A stretch of 64,000 bases of DNA from Chiloscyllium plagiosum. Taxonomy: Eukaryota. Of this stretch, positions 13,371-26,500 are shown piece by piece; positions within the stretch are counted from its first letter, which is position 1, and the number at the start of each line of letters is the position of its first letter. The stretch is taken from NCBI RefSeq assembly GCF_004010195.1, contig NC_057749.1, forward strand, positions 16,577,015-16,641,014, written 5' to 3'. Both the position numbers and the translations under genes were made by a program. The notes below the pieces were generated by a model. The model was given only the letters and a program-made list of their open reading frames with translations, ran no database searches and had not been told where the DNA came from.

Positions 13371-14939
13371 AAGATCAAAGCCAAAGGTCAGCAATCTCCT
13401 CCCTGGCTTCCCAGAGGATCAGAGGATAAATCCCATCTAGCCCAGGGAATTTATCTATTTTTACACTTCCCAGAATTGCTAACACCTCCTCCTTGTGAAT
13501 CTCAATCCCATCTAGTCCAGTAGCCTGTATCTCAGTATTCTCCGCAACCATACTACTTTTTGTCAGTATTCACACTAGAAAAATACATTTATATAGCGCT
13601 TCCTCTATCTCCTCTGACTCCACACACAACTTCCCACTACTATCCTTGATTGGCCATAACCTTACTCCAGTCATTCTTTTATTTTTGATATACCTATAGA
13701 AAGCCTTAAGGTTTTCCTTGATCCTATCCACCAATGACTCCTTATGTACCCTCCCTGCTCTTCTTAGCTCTCTCTTTAGGTCTTTCCTGGCTAACTTGTA
13801 ACTCTCAAGCGCCCTAACTGAGCCTTCATCTCTTATCCTAACAATAAGCCTTCTTCTTCCTTTGACAAGAAATTCAATGCCTTAGCAAACCATGGCTCCC
13901 ATGCTTGACTACCTCCTCCCTGTCTGACCGGTACATACTTAGCAAAGACGTGCAGAATCTGGTCTTTGAACAAGCTCCACATTTCAATTGTGCCCATCCC
14001 CTGAAATTTCCTTCCCCATCCAATGCATCCGAAAGTTTGCCTAATCACATCGTAATTGCCTTTCCCCCAGCTATAAGTCTTGTCCTGTGGTATATATCTA
14101 TCCGTTTCCATCACTTCAGTGAACATAACTGAATTGTGGTTACTATCACCCAAGTGCTCACCTACCTCAAAATCTAACACCTGGCCAGGTTCATTACCCA
14201 GCACCAAATTTAATGTGGCCTCGCCCCTTATTGGCCTGTCTACAAACTGTGTCAGGAAACCCTCCTGCACACATTGGACAAAAACTGACCCATCTAAAGT
14301 ACTTGAACTATAGTATTCCCAGTCAATATTTGGAAAGTTAAAGACCCCATAGCAACTACCTTGTTACTTTTGCTCCTATTGAGGATCATTTTTGCTATCC
14401 CATCCTCTACATCTCTGGAATTATTCAGAGGCCTATAGAAAATTCCCAATGGGATAACCTCTCCTTTCCTGTTTCTAATCTCAGCCCATACTGCCTCAGT
14501 AGAAGAGTTCTCAAACGTCCTTTCTGCAACCGTAATACTGTCTTTGACTAACAATGCTACACCACCTCCCTCTTTTACCATCTTTTCGATTCTTACTGAA
14601 GCATCTAAATCCTGGAAGCTGCAATAACCCTGCTCTACCCATGTCTCCTAAATGGCCACAACATTGAAATCCCAGATACCAACCCATGCTGCAAGTTCAC
14701 CCACTTTATTTCGGATTCTCTTGGCATTCTCATATGAATTGCATAAAGCTCAAAGGAGATCCTTCTGATTGCACACTCCCAGCACTGGCCATAACTCACT
14801 GAAAAATGACACTCCAGAAAGGGGAGACACATACACAATTTCTGGTTTGATCTGTCTTTACTGATACACCCTCAATAGCTCAGTCCTCGTGGGTTAGATT
14901 ATTATGAAATTTGGGTTTTGGGGTTTGATTCTTAGCTGC

Positions 14940-15235
14940 TGAGAGTCATATAGCACAGAAACAGACCCTTCAGTCCAGCTTGTCCATGTCGACTAATATA
15001 TCTCAAACTGACCTAGTTCCATTTGCCAGCATTGGCTCATATTCCTCTAAATTCTTCCTGTCCATTTGCCCATCCAGATGCCTTTTAAATTTGTAATTGT
15101 ATCTGCCTTCATTAATTCCTTTGGCAGCTTGTTCCACACAGACATCACCTTCTGCATGAAAAAGCGAATTGTCAGGTCATTTTTAAATCTTTCCCCTCTC
15201 AGCTTAAACCTTTGTCCTCTAGTTTTGGACTCCCT
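14940..15235 (-). mobile_element. CR1 3' end fragment
   Basis: Reverse complement of the CR1 tail seen at 4750-5050. Confidence 0.8.
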
Positions 15236-15239
15236 GTTT

Positions 15240-15545
15240 TGTCTTCATGTTGGGTATGCTGTTTCTTAATCTCTGCTTTACCCAAGAATTTACATATTAA
15301 TGAATCGAAACCTGCAATCTATTCTAAAAAATGAAAGACTTAACAGCAATCTAGGTTTGTTCAATATATCACATCAGTTGTATGACACTATGTTGTTTTA
15401 CTATAAATTCTGCCCCACTAGCTACCTGACGAAGGACCAGTGCTCTGAAAGCTTGTACTTCCAAATAAACCTATTGGACCATAGCCTGGTATTGTGTGAT
15501 TTAAACTTCATCAACCCCAGTTCAACACCAACACTTCCACGTCAT
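15240..15545 (+). mobile_element. Penelope-like 3' fragment (family B)
   Basis: ctgacgaaggaccagtgctctgaaagcttg...aataaacctattgg; the flank ttacccaagaat occurs at ~15278 and ~15548. Confidence 0.7.
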
Positions 15546-16195
15546 GGTTACCCAAGAATAACTATTGGCCAACTCCCAAGAATTGTAGCAACACTTAGTT
15601 CATTAAAACCCTATTACTGGTTTTGACAAAATATATATTTTTCAGTAATTCTCAAGTTCTGTGCTATAACAAACACTCGTGTTCAGTGTTTCCGCAGTAT
15701 AAATATGACACATTGACTGTCACTGCAAAAGGACATGACTCAAAGTGACTGTATCAATAGTCAAGTGGAAGAATTTAACAGTTTTGAAAATGCAGCAAGC
15801 ATCATGTTGTAAATGAGACAGAAGAACACCCACAAAGATTTTACGACAGCTCCTGTTAACACGGAACATAAATAGATTTCTTTACTCAACTTTAAATTCA
15901 TGTCAGGAAAGCCATCTCCACATGACTGGAAGAGGGTCAAATATTAGAATTGGCAGAAAAACTGGAAATAACGCTGACACAGTGAGTGTTTCACAGATTC
16001 TACATAAGTCAGGGTTTCTCAGTATGTTCCCCACCAGTCCATCGAACATTCTGAACCCACTGTCCTACATCTCACCCCACTCACCCATATTGACGTTTGC
16101 AGGTTTCTTTACTTCAGAATCAGAGGCTGAATTATTCTCTTCCCACAATGAATCCAAACAGGTACCAATACCAAAGATCAAGCCAAGGTACTTAC

Positions 16196-16379
16196 AAAAT
16201 ATAAACCATCTCTTCGTGTAGTTCTTGCAGACTGTCGAGCAGTCCTGGCAAACCTTGGTGATAATAGTGCTGGTGGTGGACCTCTGCAGATTTGAGAGCA
16301 AGTACATACTGATTGTGGAGTATGTGCATCTTCATGGCAGCTTTGACATACTTGTCTCTCATTCTGTCCCGGTCCTTGT
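16196..16379 (-). CDS. FES: FES exon 5 equivalent (F-BAR)
   Basis: 184 nt, (D)KDRDRMRDKYVKAAMKMHILHNQYVLALKSAEVHHQHYYHQGLPGLLDSLQELHEEMVYI(L); ccag| acceptor, |gtaagt donor, phase 1-2. Confidence 0.97.
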
Positions 16380-17779
16380 CTGGAATTAAACATAAATTCA
16401 CACAATCAAAACTTTTTGAAGGTAACTATTGAACTCTTTGTGGTGAGGGATATTAAAATGAGGGAGACTTGTCATTCAGATTTTCCAGTTCCATGACAGG
16501 ACACAAGTTAGTGAGCCTGAAACCAAAGTTCACACACCCTCCATTTCCCCACCCCAAATGCCCACACCTCCACCCTCATCTCCCCATCTTCACCCCAGCT
16601 TGACCACATCTCCCACCTCCACCTCCCTGCACAATCCCACCCCTCTGCCTGCACCTTCATTTCTCCGCCCACACCTCAGTCCAATCACCAACATTCCTCT
16701 CCCCCACTGAGCTGCCTACTGCTACACCTCTTATTGGCATCCCACCCTTCACATCGTCCCCTGTTCCCCATCGAGCTCAGGAACTGGCTGATGAGAAGCA
16801 ACTTGGAGCAATGACAACAATTCACTGAAGACTCCAGAACATCTGTAGCTTTGCCATTATGAAGGAAATAAGACAGCATCAAACATTTGGACTCCGGTCT
16901 TGTCATTTTCACAACCTAAGACTCTTAAGATCTGTAACTATATTTTATTTCATTCAACCTTTCTTCAATAGACACCCTTCTCTTTAAGCCTCGTCTTTTT
17001 ATAGCTTTCTAACTTGTGTTTGTTTGCATGTGCTTGATGTATTTTCTCACATAGATAACTAAATACCACTTACTTTTACTCAAAGAAATCTTGGAATTGG
17101 CTCTCCTTAACTTTTGATCTGGTTAACTAAGTTTAATTGAAGTGTGATAGTTAAGTGCTAAAAAAGGAAATAAAAATAGTTTTGCAACTGACCGAATGAG
17201 TCCAGTAAAGAGCTAATGTCAAGAAGGAAACCTGATTGTAACAAGTGGCATTTCTGAGAAAGATGACTAACTTAGAAGCAATTTTAAATCTGGTTTGGAC
17301 CCATTTCACAAAGGACCCTTGCAACCATTAGAGGGAGGAGATCATGAACTGAATTTTTAAGTAAAAAGTCCTTTGAAGGATAACAACTTGTGTTTATAAG
17401 GAACCAGTAAAATAGTAAAATGTAGCAGAGCTTCATAGGAATGATTGTAAAACAATATGACATAAAACACAAGGGACAGAATCTTATATGGGTCTGAGTG
17501 ACATGGGCTACAACAAGATTTGTGACAGAATCAAGCATCAAGTGCAGAGAGGCCCATCTGAGTACTGGGGGCAACTCACACCATGTTTCAATGTTTTTCA
17601 AAAATGGCTTGGCAAGATTTTGATTAGGCAACAGCAAGTTGATAATTGATTATTGTTTGTTAAATACTTTGTTAACAGTCCCAACTAGCTTCATTAATAT
17701 TCAGTCTCCCATCTTATTAAACGCAGCAACAAGCTAGGTCTCAGAAAACTCTCAGGGCAAGTTCCATGGGCACTGGCAA

Positions 17780-18085
17780 TATGCACCCCATGTCTATAGA
17801 CATTTGCATCCATTCAGCTCCTGACCTTGTTACAGCCTTGGTTCAAACATGAAAACAATAAAAGGTGAATTCCAGAGGTGAGGTGAGAATGACAGCCTGA
17901 GATTTCCAGGCTGCATTTGACAGAATGTGGCATCAAGAGGCCTGGCAAAACTGCAATCAGTGGGAATTGGGAAACACTGTCCGCTTGGAGTATACCTTAT
18001 ACACAGGAAGATGGTTATATTTGACGGAGGTCAGTCATCTCAACTCCAAGAATCTCTGCAAGAATTCCTCAGGGTAGCGTCCTAG
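17780..18085 (+). mobile_element. Degenerate LINE RT fragment (CR1/L2 group)
   Basis: Frameshifted HSAPDLVTALVQT...AAFDRMWHQ...PQGSVL. Confidence 0.6.
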
Positions 18086-18599
18086 TGGACTGGTCCGATT
18101 GTATCTCAGGCTATTCACTTGCTCTCGTAGCCCTCACTCACTCTGAGCCTACCTGGATGCTCATAGCATTTCTGCCTTGTATTGTCTTCCCTTGCCTTTT
18201 TGTGTTTTGCCTCCTCATCCAGAGATACCAGATCTATATTACTGCTGCAAAAAAGTCCCAACGAACTATGTATATTGGAAATCAGAAACAAAAACAGAAG
18301 TAGCTGGAAAAGCTTAGCAGGTCTGGCAGCATCTGTGGATAGAAAGGAGTTAATGTATCGGGTTCTGAGAAAGCGTCACTGGAACCAAAATGTTAACTCT
18401 GCTTTCTGTCTACAAATGCTGCCAGAGTTGCTAAGTTTCTGCAGCAATTCTGTTTTTATTTCATAGCACTGCTGTTCAGCACAAACACAAGCCAGGAAGC
18501 TTGTCATAGTTGTCAGCAGGTCTCAGTCAAGTTGTAGGGTATAGCCTTCACTCAGGGGCTTCCTGCACAGTAAGTTAAAGACATCTTCCAATACTAGTC

Positions 18600-19230
18600 C
18601 AGGACCTGCTTGGATCAGTCACAGTCAGATAGATTCCTCGTAAAGGGTGAGGACCTAAATGATAGGCAGACCACTACTTGTTTTGACTCTTTCTGTCCTA
18701 TTGTAGGCTGTTTTCTTTACGGAATGAGAGAAAGGTGGGTTAAAGGAGATGAAAGTGGATGGCACAGCTATTATTTTTGGTGCAGGTGAGGAGGTGTCCC
18801 AAGTGAGTGAGTAGGCAGTGCAGAGGGCATGCAGAAGTAGTGATGTGAGGGTTAGGGTCAGTGAGATCGAGTGAGGAAGATGCTGCAGGCAACAGAGAGT
18901 GTGGTAAAGCATGAGTCTTGGTGGGAGGTGCATATTCTAGCAGAGCTAGAGTGAGTGTGAGCTATCTGGGAGAAAATGGTGGCACTTACCCTGGCAGAAT
19001 GGAGAAGGATATTGACATTCTTCTGACATTGCTGAGCATTGATCCAGAGACGGCTGAGAGTTCTTTAACCTGGGTATCAATGTTAGGTGAGGCTGGCATG
19101 GTCTGTTATTGTGGCCCCCACTACTTGTCCTGGGAGGGGAAAGTTCCGTGCTAACACCACCCCATCCTGCAGGACCTCCAAAAACTTGCCCATAAAGCAG
19201 GGTGCCAATTTTCCCCTCTCATTTCCAGGA
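18600..19230 (-). mobile_element. Decayed Harbinger-type Myb/SANT DNA-binding gene with intron
   Basis: ERGKLAPCFMGKFLEVL...QQCQKNVNILLHSAR|gtaagt (donor at 18990/18989), then KKTAYNRTERVKTSSGLPII*VLTLYEES; matches the Myb_DNA-bind_5 pattern APRF..LE.L / QCRKK.NDL / AHNRRE..TGGG. Confidence 0.65.
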
Positions 19231-19689
19231 CAAATCTCAACAACCATACAGAGCAGCTCCAGACTGACAAGGCTTGTCCAGGTGCCCCATGGGCTTTCCA
19301 ATAAGGTGTGGTGCAAGTAAAGCCAGATTTTCGGCAGGTACCTGCTGAGTGGGAAATTATTCTGGCAAGGGAGCATGGTAACAGGAGGTGCACATTGAAT
19401 GTAAGACACAGCATAGGGACGTGGTAGATAATTAATGTGGCACGTTTGTAAGATATAGCGAGAACCTGCTCAGCCTCATGGCGACAAATCCTCCAAATAC
19501 CTCAGATTTAGCCAAAAAGACTGAGTAAGTTTAGGACAGGTGACTAAAAGCTTGAAGACAGTGTCTCAAGTAAGAGTAGTGTCCCAAGGTGAGAACGACT
19601 TGACTCTGTGAGGCTGTAATGTACTGTTCCATACTGCTTTACCTGTCTGGTTTCTCATGCCGTCTCCTGTTTCTTATTGTCACCCTCAC

Positions 19690-19786
19690 CTTTACTGGCC
19701 TCCTGGAACTTTCGCTTTGCTGCATTCATCTCTTTAGCTTGTTGCCGATACTGCGACTTCAGCTTCTCAATTTCACTCTGTGTATT
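19690..19786 (-). CDS. FES: FES exon 4 equivalent (F-BAR)
   Basis: 97 nt, NTQSEIEKLKSQYRQQAKEMNAAKRKFQEASK+G; tacag| acceptor, AAG|gtgagg donor, phase 0-1. Confidence 0.96.
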
Positions 19787-19934
19787 CTGTAATTCACAGC
19801 AGCTTCAGTTAAACACACCAACACAAAGTCAAATGCTGACTCAAATATTGTTAAACTCAGCTATTTCAAATAAACTAATATTAGCACAAAATTCTGGTAA
19901 GACTAAGGTCACTGGTGAGAATGCTACATAGGTT

Positions 19935-20112
19935 GATATAATGGGTAGAGTCAGTGATAGGTGAGAATACACACAGCTGTAGGAGGGGGATTAAATGGGT
20001 GATGGAGTATACAGGGGGCAGTGGGAAGGGATTTAATGAATGGGTAGAGTCAGTGATTGGGGGGGGGAGTGTACGTAGGGCTGTTGGAGGGGATTAAATA
20101 GGTGGGTAGAGA
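19935..20112. repeat. Degenerate ~50-60 bp tandem repeat
   Basis: Recurrent tgggtagagtcagtgat and gctgt.ggagggg(g)attaaat units. Confidence 0.6.
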
Positions 20113-21036
20113 CATTGCAGACTAAGCAGTCTACATCATTCTTCTTGCAAGGGTTGATGAGTACTCTGGACCTTTCCCAGGACTTGCCATTGATTGTTAT
20201 AAAAACCTTTGTTTGCCATTGCTGCCCAGTGAGATTTACAGCTGATTAACAATGATGAAACAGGCAGTAGGAGGAGGGATTCAGAACAGCAGTTTGGGAA
20301 GTGGGAAGGATGCTCTGCCGAAGGAGCGACAGAAGGATTCCACAGTAAACATACCTCCTTTAGCTAACTGGATAGAATAACCACTTTTTGCCAGCAGAGG
20401 GGAAAGGGAGAGGAAACATAAGAAAGGGAAATATTTCTAAGAATGTGGGATTAATTGGATAGTGCTTTCAAAGTCAGCACAGACATGAGGGGCTGAATGG
20501 TCTCCTCAAATGGGTGATTCAGTGACAGTAAAACATTAATTGTCTTTGTTTAGTGGAGTTAATGATGTAAGGCTTCTCCTGATAATATATATCAACATCC
20601 ATCCAAACAGTGATGATCAGATTAACATAATTAATGCACCTGTAAACACTGGGAAAGGTTATGTCCTCAGCAAACTAGTTTCTAAAGTATCTTTCCTTTA
20701 CATTGTAACTATAGTTACTATATTTTGTCACTTGCAAAAGGCACAACTGATAGCACAGGATTTCAAAGATTCCTGGCATAAAGTGGCAAACATTCGAAGA
20801 ATTACAAAAGTGAAGACAGTAGCAGTGCTGAGAGAGATCAAAACGACCAAATTGGTGGATGCTAGCAGAGGAACTAAGAGCCATGAAGGGAGTGGAGCGA
20901 ACTGTAGGACTGTTAAAGACCCATTCATCCCGCCCACGCATTCCCTGTGGGAGCATCAGGAGAGAGAGCAGTCCAGTTTCAAAATGGCTTGCTAAAATGT
21001 GACTAGGGAATGGGGTTGCCAATATTCCAGGATTTT

Positions 21037-22330
21037 CAAAGTTTGTGAGAAGATTTGTAGCTCGGGTGCTCGTTGTTGTGGTTCTGTTTGCCGAGCTGGG
21101 AACTCGTGTTGCAGACGTTTCGTCCCCTGACTAGGTGACATCCTCAGTGCTTGGGAGCCTNNNNNNNNNNNNNNNNNNNNNNNNNNNNNNNNNNNNNNNN
21201 NNNNNNNGGATGAGTGCCATGCCTCTAGGAATTCCCTGGCTGTTCTCTGTTTGGCTTATCCTATAATAGTCGAATTCATGTTGCTTGTCATCTGCGTGTG
21301 TGGCTACTAAGGATAGCTGGTCGTGTCGTTTCGTGGCCAGTTTGTGTTCATGGATGTGGATCGTTAGCTGTCTTCCTATTTGTCCTATGTAGTGTTTTGT
21401 GCAGTCCTTGCATGGGATTTTGTACACTACATTGGTTTTGCTCATGCTGGGTATTGGGTCCTTCGTNNNNNNNNNNNNNNNNNNNNNNNNNNNNNNNNNN
21501 NNNNNNNNNNNNNNNNNNNNNNNNNNNNNNNNNNNNNNNNNNNNNNNNNNNNNNNNNNNNNNNNNNNNNNNNNNNNNNNNNNNNNNNNNNNNNNNNNNNN
21601 NNNNNNNNNNNNNNNNNNNNNTGTGTGTTGGGGTGGTTGCTTTCGTAGTTTAGAACTTGGTCTGTGTGTGTGTCTTTCCTGTGTACCTTTGTGGTGAATT
21701 CTCCGTTCGGTGTTCTCTGTACCATCACGTCTAGGAATGGGAGTTGGATGTCCTTTTCTTCCTCTCTCGTGAATCGGATTCCTGAGAGTGTGGCGTTGAT
21801 GATCCGTTTGTGTTCTCTATTTCTGTGTTTTTAATTATTACAAAAGGTATCTACATATCTGACCCAGAGTTTGGGCTAAATTTGCAGTAAGACTGTTTGT
21901 TCTAACCTTTGCATTACCGCTTCTGCTATGAGTCCAGAGATGGGTGAGCCCATGGGTGTGCCATTGATTTGTTCATATATTTGGTTGTTGAATGTGAAGT
22001 GTTTTGTGAGGCACAGGTCCAGTAGTTTGAGTATGCCGTCTTTGTTGATAGGTTCAACGTCCTGTTGTCTGTTCTTTATGTCCAGCAGGTTGGCTATTGT
22101 TTCTCTGGCTAGGGTTTTGTCGATAGAGGTGAACAGTGCCGTTACATCGAATTCGACTGGGACAACACTACTATTATAGGACAAGCCAAACAGAGAACAG
22201 CGAGGGAATTCCTAGAGGCATGGCACTCATCCACAGATCAATCAATAAGCACATCGATCTGGACCCAATATACCGGCCATTGCAATGGACAGCTGGAACT
22301 GACAACCGGAAGCGACAGATTCAAACCACT
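21037..22330 (-). mobile_element. Penelope-like element (Poseidon type): RT + GIY-YIG, with inverted terminal segment
   Basis: FDVTALFTSID and YEQINGTPMGSPISGLIAEAVM (RT); NVVYKIPCKDCTKHYIGQ (GIY-YIG); ~22150-22330 is an inverted copy of the 3' region; hammerhead core near 21116-21148; two gaps. Confidence 0.92.
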
Positions 22331-22664
22331 GTCAAAACTCTTTTTGTAGAGAACTAGATTGGAAATCTGGAACCCTCTCCCCACAAGAATTCCTGAGGCT
22401 GAGGGTCACTTGATAATTTCAAATTGGAGTAGATTGAATTTTTTTGTTTCGACAACTGCTGTGAAGGTTATGGAACCAAAGGAGATTTATAGGGAATCTT
22501 GAAGTGGGATCAAGCAAAAAAAACATCTTAACCAAGCGATCAGAGAATATTTGGAAGAAAACTGAAGATCAGGTAAGTATTATGAATGTTTAAAGGTATG
22601 TAAGCAGAAAAGTTTTGATTCACATTTCTAAAATATTGACGAGATAAATGGCCTGCTTTTTTAC

Positions 22665-22838
22665 CTTGATCACCTCCTGGTTAATCTGTTGCCACTGTTC
22701 ACTGTAGCTCTTCTTCAGCAGTTGTTTATCACGGATTAACAGTGTTAGTTTGTTAATTGGACCAGAGTTCAGATCCTCTGAATGTTTCCGCATCATTCGG
22801 CTCAAAACCTCAGTCTGATTAACAATCATTGACCAGGA
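22665..22838 (-). CDS. FES: FES exon 3 equivalent (F-BAR)
   Basis: 174 nt, SWSMIVNQTEVLSRMMRKHSEDLNSGPINKLTLLIRDKQLLKKSYSEQWQQINQEVIK; ttcag| acceptor, AAG|gtaaaa donor, phase 0-0. Confidence 0.97.
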
Positions 22839-23059
22839 CTGAAAGAGCACACATTTTTAACATTAGTGATTCTCACACCTCACACTCCCTGCAAGATGTG
22901 GTGCTGCAAACCACAAGCAATGAAAATGACATAAAGGAACAGCATGAAGAAAAACTACCACCAATAAAATTTAACACAAAGCAGAGAAGAAACAATTAGA
23001 TACTTGATTGAGTGGATTGGGGGGGGGGGGGGGGCTGACGGGGGGGAGGTGGGAGAGGT

Positions 23060-23570
23060 GGAGATAGTAGAAAAGGAAGCTTTACTCTGTATCTAATCCT
23101 GTGCTGTCCCTGTGGTGAGAGTGTTTGATGGGGACAGTGTCAAGGAAGCTTTACTCTGTCAACAGCTGCTTTCTCGTTAGATGGTGCTTTAACCGGAGGG
23201 TCGGCACATCTCAGGCAAGGGGAGAAGTTGTAAAGGAAAGAACTTCATAGTAACCTCAGTTGGTGAGCAAACTGAACGTACACTGTTGTTCTCACTGCAT
23301 TGCAAACCAGCCATCCAGCTAACTGAGCTAATCAACTGTCCCTATAAGGGTAGTGTTTGATGGTGACGGTATGGGGGGTGCTTTGTTGAATATGTAGTCC
23401 CGTACTGTACTATCCTGGCAGCATTTGATAGGGCCAGTGTAGAGGAAGCTTTACCCTGTATCTAACCCTGTGCTGTACCTGCCCTGGGAGGGTTTGGTGG
23501 GGAAAGTGTCGAAAGAGCCTTACTTTCAGTTTAAAAGAGTAGAGTGAGTTTCTCTACACCTAATCCTGTG
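23060..23570 (+). repeat. Degenerate ~65-70 bp repeat units with a SINE-like insert
   Basis: Repeated ggaagctttactctgtatctaa.cctgtgctgt.cctg.cctgggag.gtttgatgggga.agtgt. Confidence 0.7.
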
Positions 23571-24051
23571 CTGATTTAATGTGAATATCAGGGCCTACTC
23601 TGCAGCAAGGTAGGTGAGAAAGACCAGCAAATTTGCACCATCATAAAATAACAGATAATTGTTTTTTATTACATTGTTTGAGAGATAAATATTGGCCTTG
23701 ACACTGGGAAGAAGCTCCTTGTCTTTTTTGAAATGATGCGCTGGGATCTTTTAATTCCACCTGAGAGGCTAGACTCAGTCTCCTCATAAGATGTTGTCTA
23801 AACGATGGCACCTCCAACAGTTCAGCACTCTCTCAGTACTGCATTGAAATGTAGCTAAGATTTTGGTGTTGAAGTATGCTCAACCCCATAAACTCATAAA
23901 TCTGAAGCAAGACTAATAGCTATTGAGCCACAGCTGAAGTTTGTAGCTTGTTTGATTCAGTACCACAGCGGGCATGGTTTTCACCCACCAAGCCACTGTC
24001 CTGTCACTGTTGTAAACCAGACAAAGCCCTAGATCATTGGGTCCTTCCTAC

Positions 24052-24276
24052 CTTGTTGACCTGACTGATATAATCAAGTCCTCCAGCTTGCTGGCTGCTT
24101 TCTTGTTTCTCGACTTGAGAGAACATTTGGTGAAGTAACCCCGAGTATTCCTTGTCACTCCTCACTCGATAACTCATCCACTTCTTCATGGTCTCCATCA
24201 ACCGGACCTCTGAATCCTGTAATCGTAGCAGCATGGTGTGTCCCTGGGGACACCAGAGATCAGAGCTGAACCCCAT
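24052..24276 (-). CDS. FES: FES first coding exon (human exon 2 equivalent), FCH/F-BAR N-terminus
   Basis: MGFSSDLWCPQGHTMLLRLQDSEVRLMETMKKWMSYRVRSDKEYSGLLHQM...SQVNK resembles FES (MGFSSELCSPQGH...) more than FER (MGFGSDLKN...). ATG at 24276, donor AAG|GTAGG at 24052/24051, acceptor candidates at 24293 and 24280. Confidence 0.96.
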
Positions 24277-26294
24277 TGTCCTACAAACTTGACCTGACAT
24301 GAAGAAGTAAATAAAACACAACTTAGGAAGATAAGAACATGCTGAGAGGATCACTGACATCCCAACAAGAATCTTACACTTTCAGCAACTCAGCTGAAAC
24401 TGAGCCTTCTAAATAAATTGATAGCTCCAGAATATCAGTTTGGCTTAGTGGGCAATACTCTAAGCCTTGGGAGATTTGGGCAGTTTGGTTACCATGGTGA
24501 TTTAGGCACTGTACATATTCACACAAGGCTGCCAATGTTCTTTTAACAAAAGAACACAAATTTATTATCCAAAAGTGGAGGGGGAGGAGCCATATATATG
24601 ATAATTTAGAAAGATCATAACATAAACAGAAAACATTTAACCAATTTCCCAGAAACATCCTTTACAGTTATTCAATCACAGTGAAGCATCATTCCTCTCT
24701 TTAATCTAAGGTTTTTAGCTCAACTGACTCTTTCCAGCTCCGATTGCTCAGAGACTTCTTTCCAGGCCTGACAACCTGGATTTCTTTTCAGTTATCACAA
24801 CCTGCAGATTTGTACAAAAACTGCTCTCCTGCTTTAAGGTCTTTGCATCTTGTGAACGAAACATGAGTGGCCCCTAACCACGTATTTATCATAAATCAAC
24901 TATCTCTAGTTCACTGCTCCAAATGTCTCTCTGAACTTTGTTAATAAAACCAAGTCACATTCATCACACTTAAAACTAAGTCTCTTTCCTCCACTTTTAA
25001 TTGAAATTCTCATTTTATAATAATGTAGATCTTTATCCTACATTATATTTTGTACAAGTTTGCTGTATGTGCATTGACTGCTGCATTCCAAAGATTATAA
25101 CACAAGAATGAAAATCTCAACTAATGTCATTTACTGAGAGGATGTGCATGTTCACAGTGCATAACTCAGAATATCAGCAACTTCAAGAAAGAAATTGTTA
25201 GTTATGTACCTGCAACAGTAGCTGAGAAGGGATTATCAAATATTGTTCATATATTCCTCAGACACCAATGTTATATTGTTATATTAAAAGTCACAATAAT
25301 CCCAGAGGACCATAGGGCTGCTCTCTCATTAGAGAGATGAGCTTGACGGTGGTTTAATCTGAGAGACACGAGGCCTCAGTAAAGGAGAGAGATTGAGAAA
25401 GAGAGCTGTTGATGGTAATCTCAGTCAGTACCAGAAACTTTTATAGTTATATTATTCATGGAGCGTTTCGAACTAATTTTTATTTTAAATTTTATGCCAT
25501 CCTGGGCTAAATAATAACTGGAGATATATCGTTATCTCAACAGCATTCTTGGAAAGATGCGCTATAGGATCACTTAGAAAAACCAACTACTAACTACCCA
25601 GGAATTACCTGAACTTTAAACTTAGAATGGAAATTACCCATCATCCAGAAAACTCAAAATGTTTCTGACTTGTTAGAGTCATTTACACACTTCCTGGACA
25701 GTCACCCAGGAAAGGTGAGTGGGATTAAAAACTCCTCTAACCCCTGGGTATCAATAAAATTTAGAACCTTCCCTGAATTATCACTGCAATAACCCCATCC
25801 CCCCAATCTCGCCTCCTGACAACTCCAATTCCAACAGATACAGCATCACACATTGCACCCCATCCCAGCTTCCTCCCAGAACTAAACAGAGCCAATACCA
25901 CCCCTGATCTGAACCCCCTGGAGACACCCTCCTTAACCTCATTGTCTGACCCAACATACTCCCACATTCACCTGACGACCTAACCCTTTACCCACATATT
26001 TGCCATTCTACCCAATCACCTGCCTGCCAAACTATCCTTCCACTTATATCGACATCCCACATACATCCCTGAGATTCCAAAACCACCCCACAACCATCCA
26101 CCTGGCATTCTACCTCACCTCCACCCACCAGGCCATTCTACCCTCACCACATGTTCACCCTCCATGCATTCTATTGCTTCTCCCACCCACCCGGCATCCT
26201 ATACCTCATCCCCTTACCAGCATCCTCAATTTCCAAACCTCCCCACCTCACACACACACCCTCCACCGGAACACCCTGACACCAAGCTTGCATT

Positions 26295-26500
26295 CTGTAC
26301 TGACCCTCCAACAGCATGACAGACTGTCATGGCGCTCCCTCATTGCTGATTCCCTGACAGTGCGCACTCTCTCTATATTGATCTAGAGTGTCAGCTTGAA
26401 TAGTACAGTGACAGTGAGGTGCTCCCTCAGTGCTGACCCTCTGACAGTGCAGTTCTCCCTCAGTGCTGAGAGCTCGGACAGTGCGGTGCTCCCTCAAGAG
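26295..26500 (+). repeat. Degenerate ~33 bp minisatellite
   Basis: Repeated gacagtgc.g..ctccctcagtgctgaccctct units. Confidence 0.7.

Larger units (their letters stand above)
11250..14735 (-). mobile_element. Long CR1 ORF2 remnant (APE endonuclease + RT) with nested inserts
   Basis: GGGVALLVK, GIFYRP, LGDSNHNSV (EN); NYRPVSLTS, LVRPHLEYC (RT); tail repeats aacatagaa at ~11250. Confidence 0.94.

Noticed and set aside
19643..19689. Alternative downstream donor CAG|gtaaag extending FES exon 4
   Set aside because: The 47 nt extension contains an in-frame TGA and shifts frame; the upstream donor preserves the conserved 97 nt size.
20540..21022. Overlapping 151 aa and 115 aa ORFs in FES intron 3
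   Set aside because: No domain-like features; ORFs on both strands with no clear exon signals.
23060..26500. CRISPR-like repeat arrays
   Set aside because: Eukaryotic degenerate minisatellites without unique spacers or cas genes.
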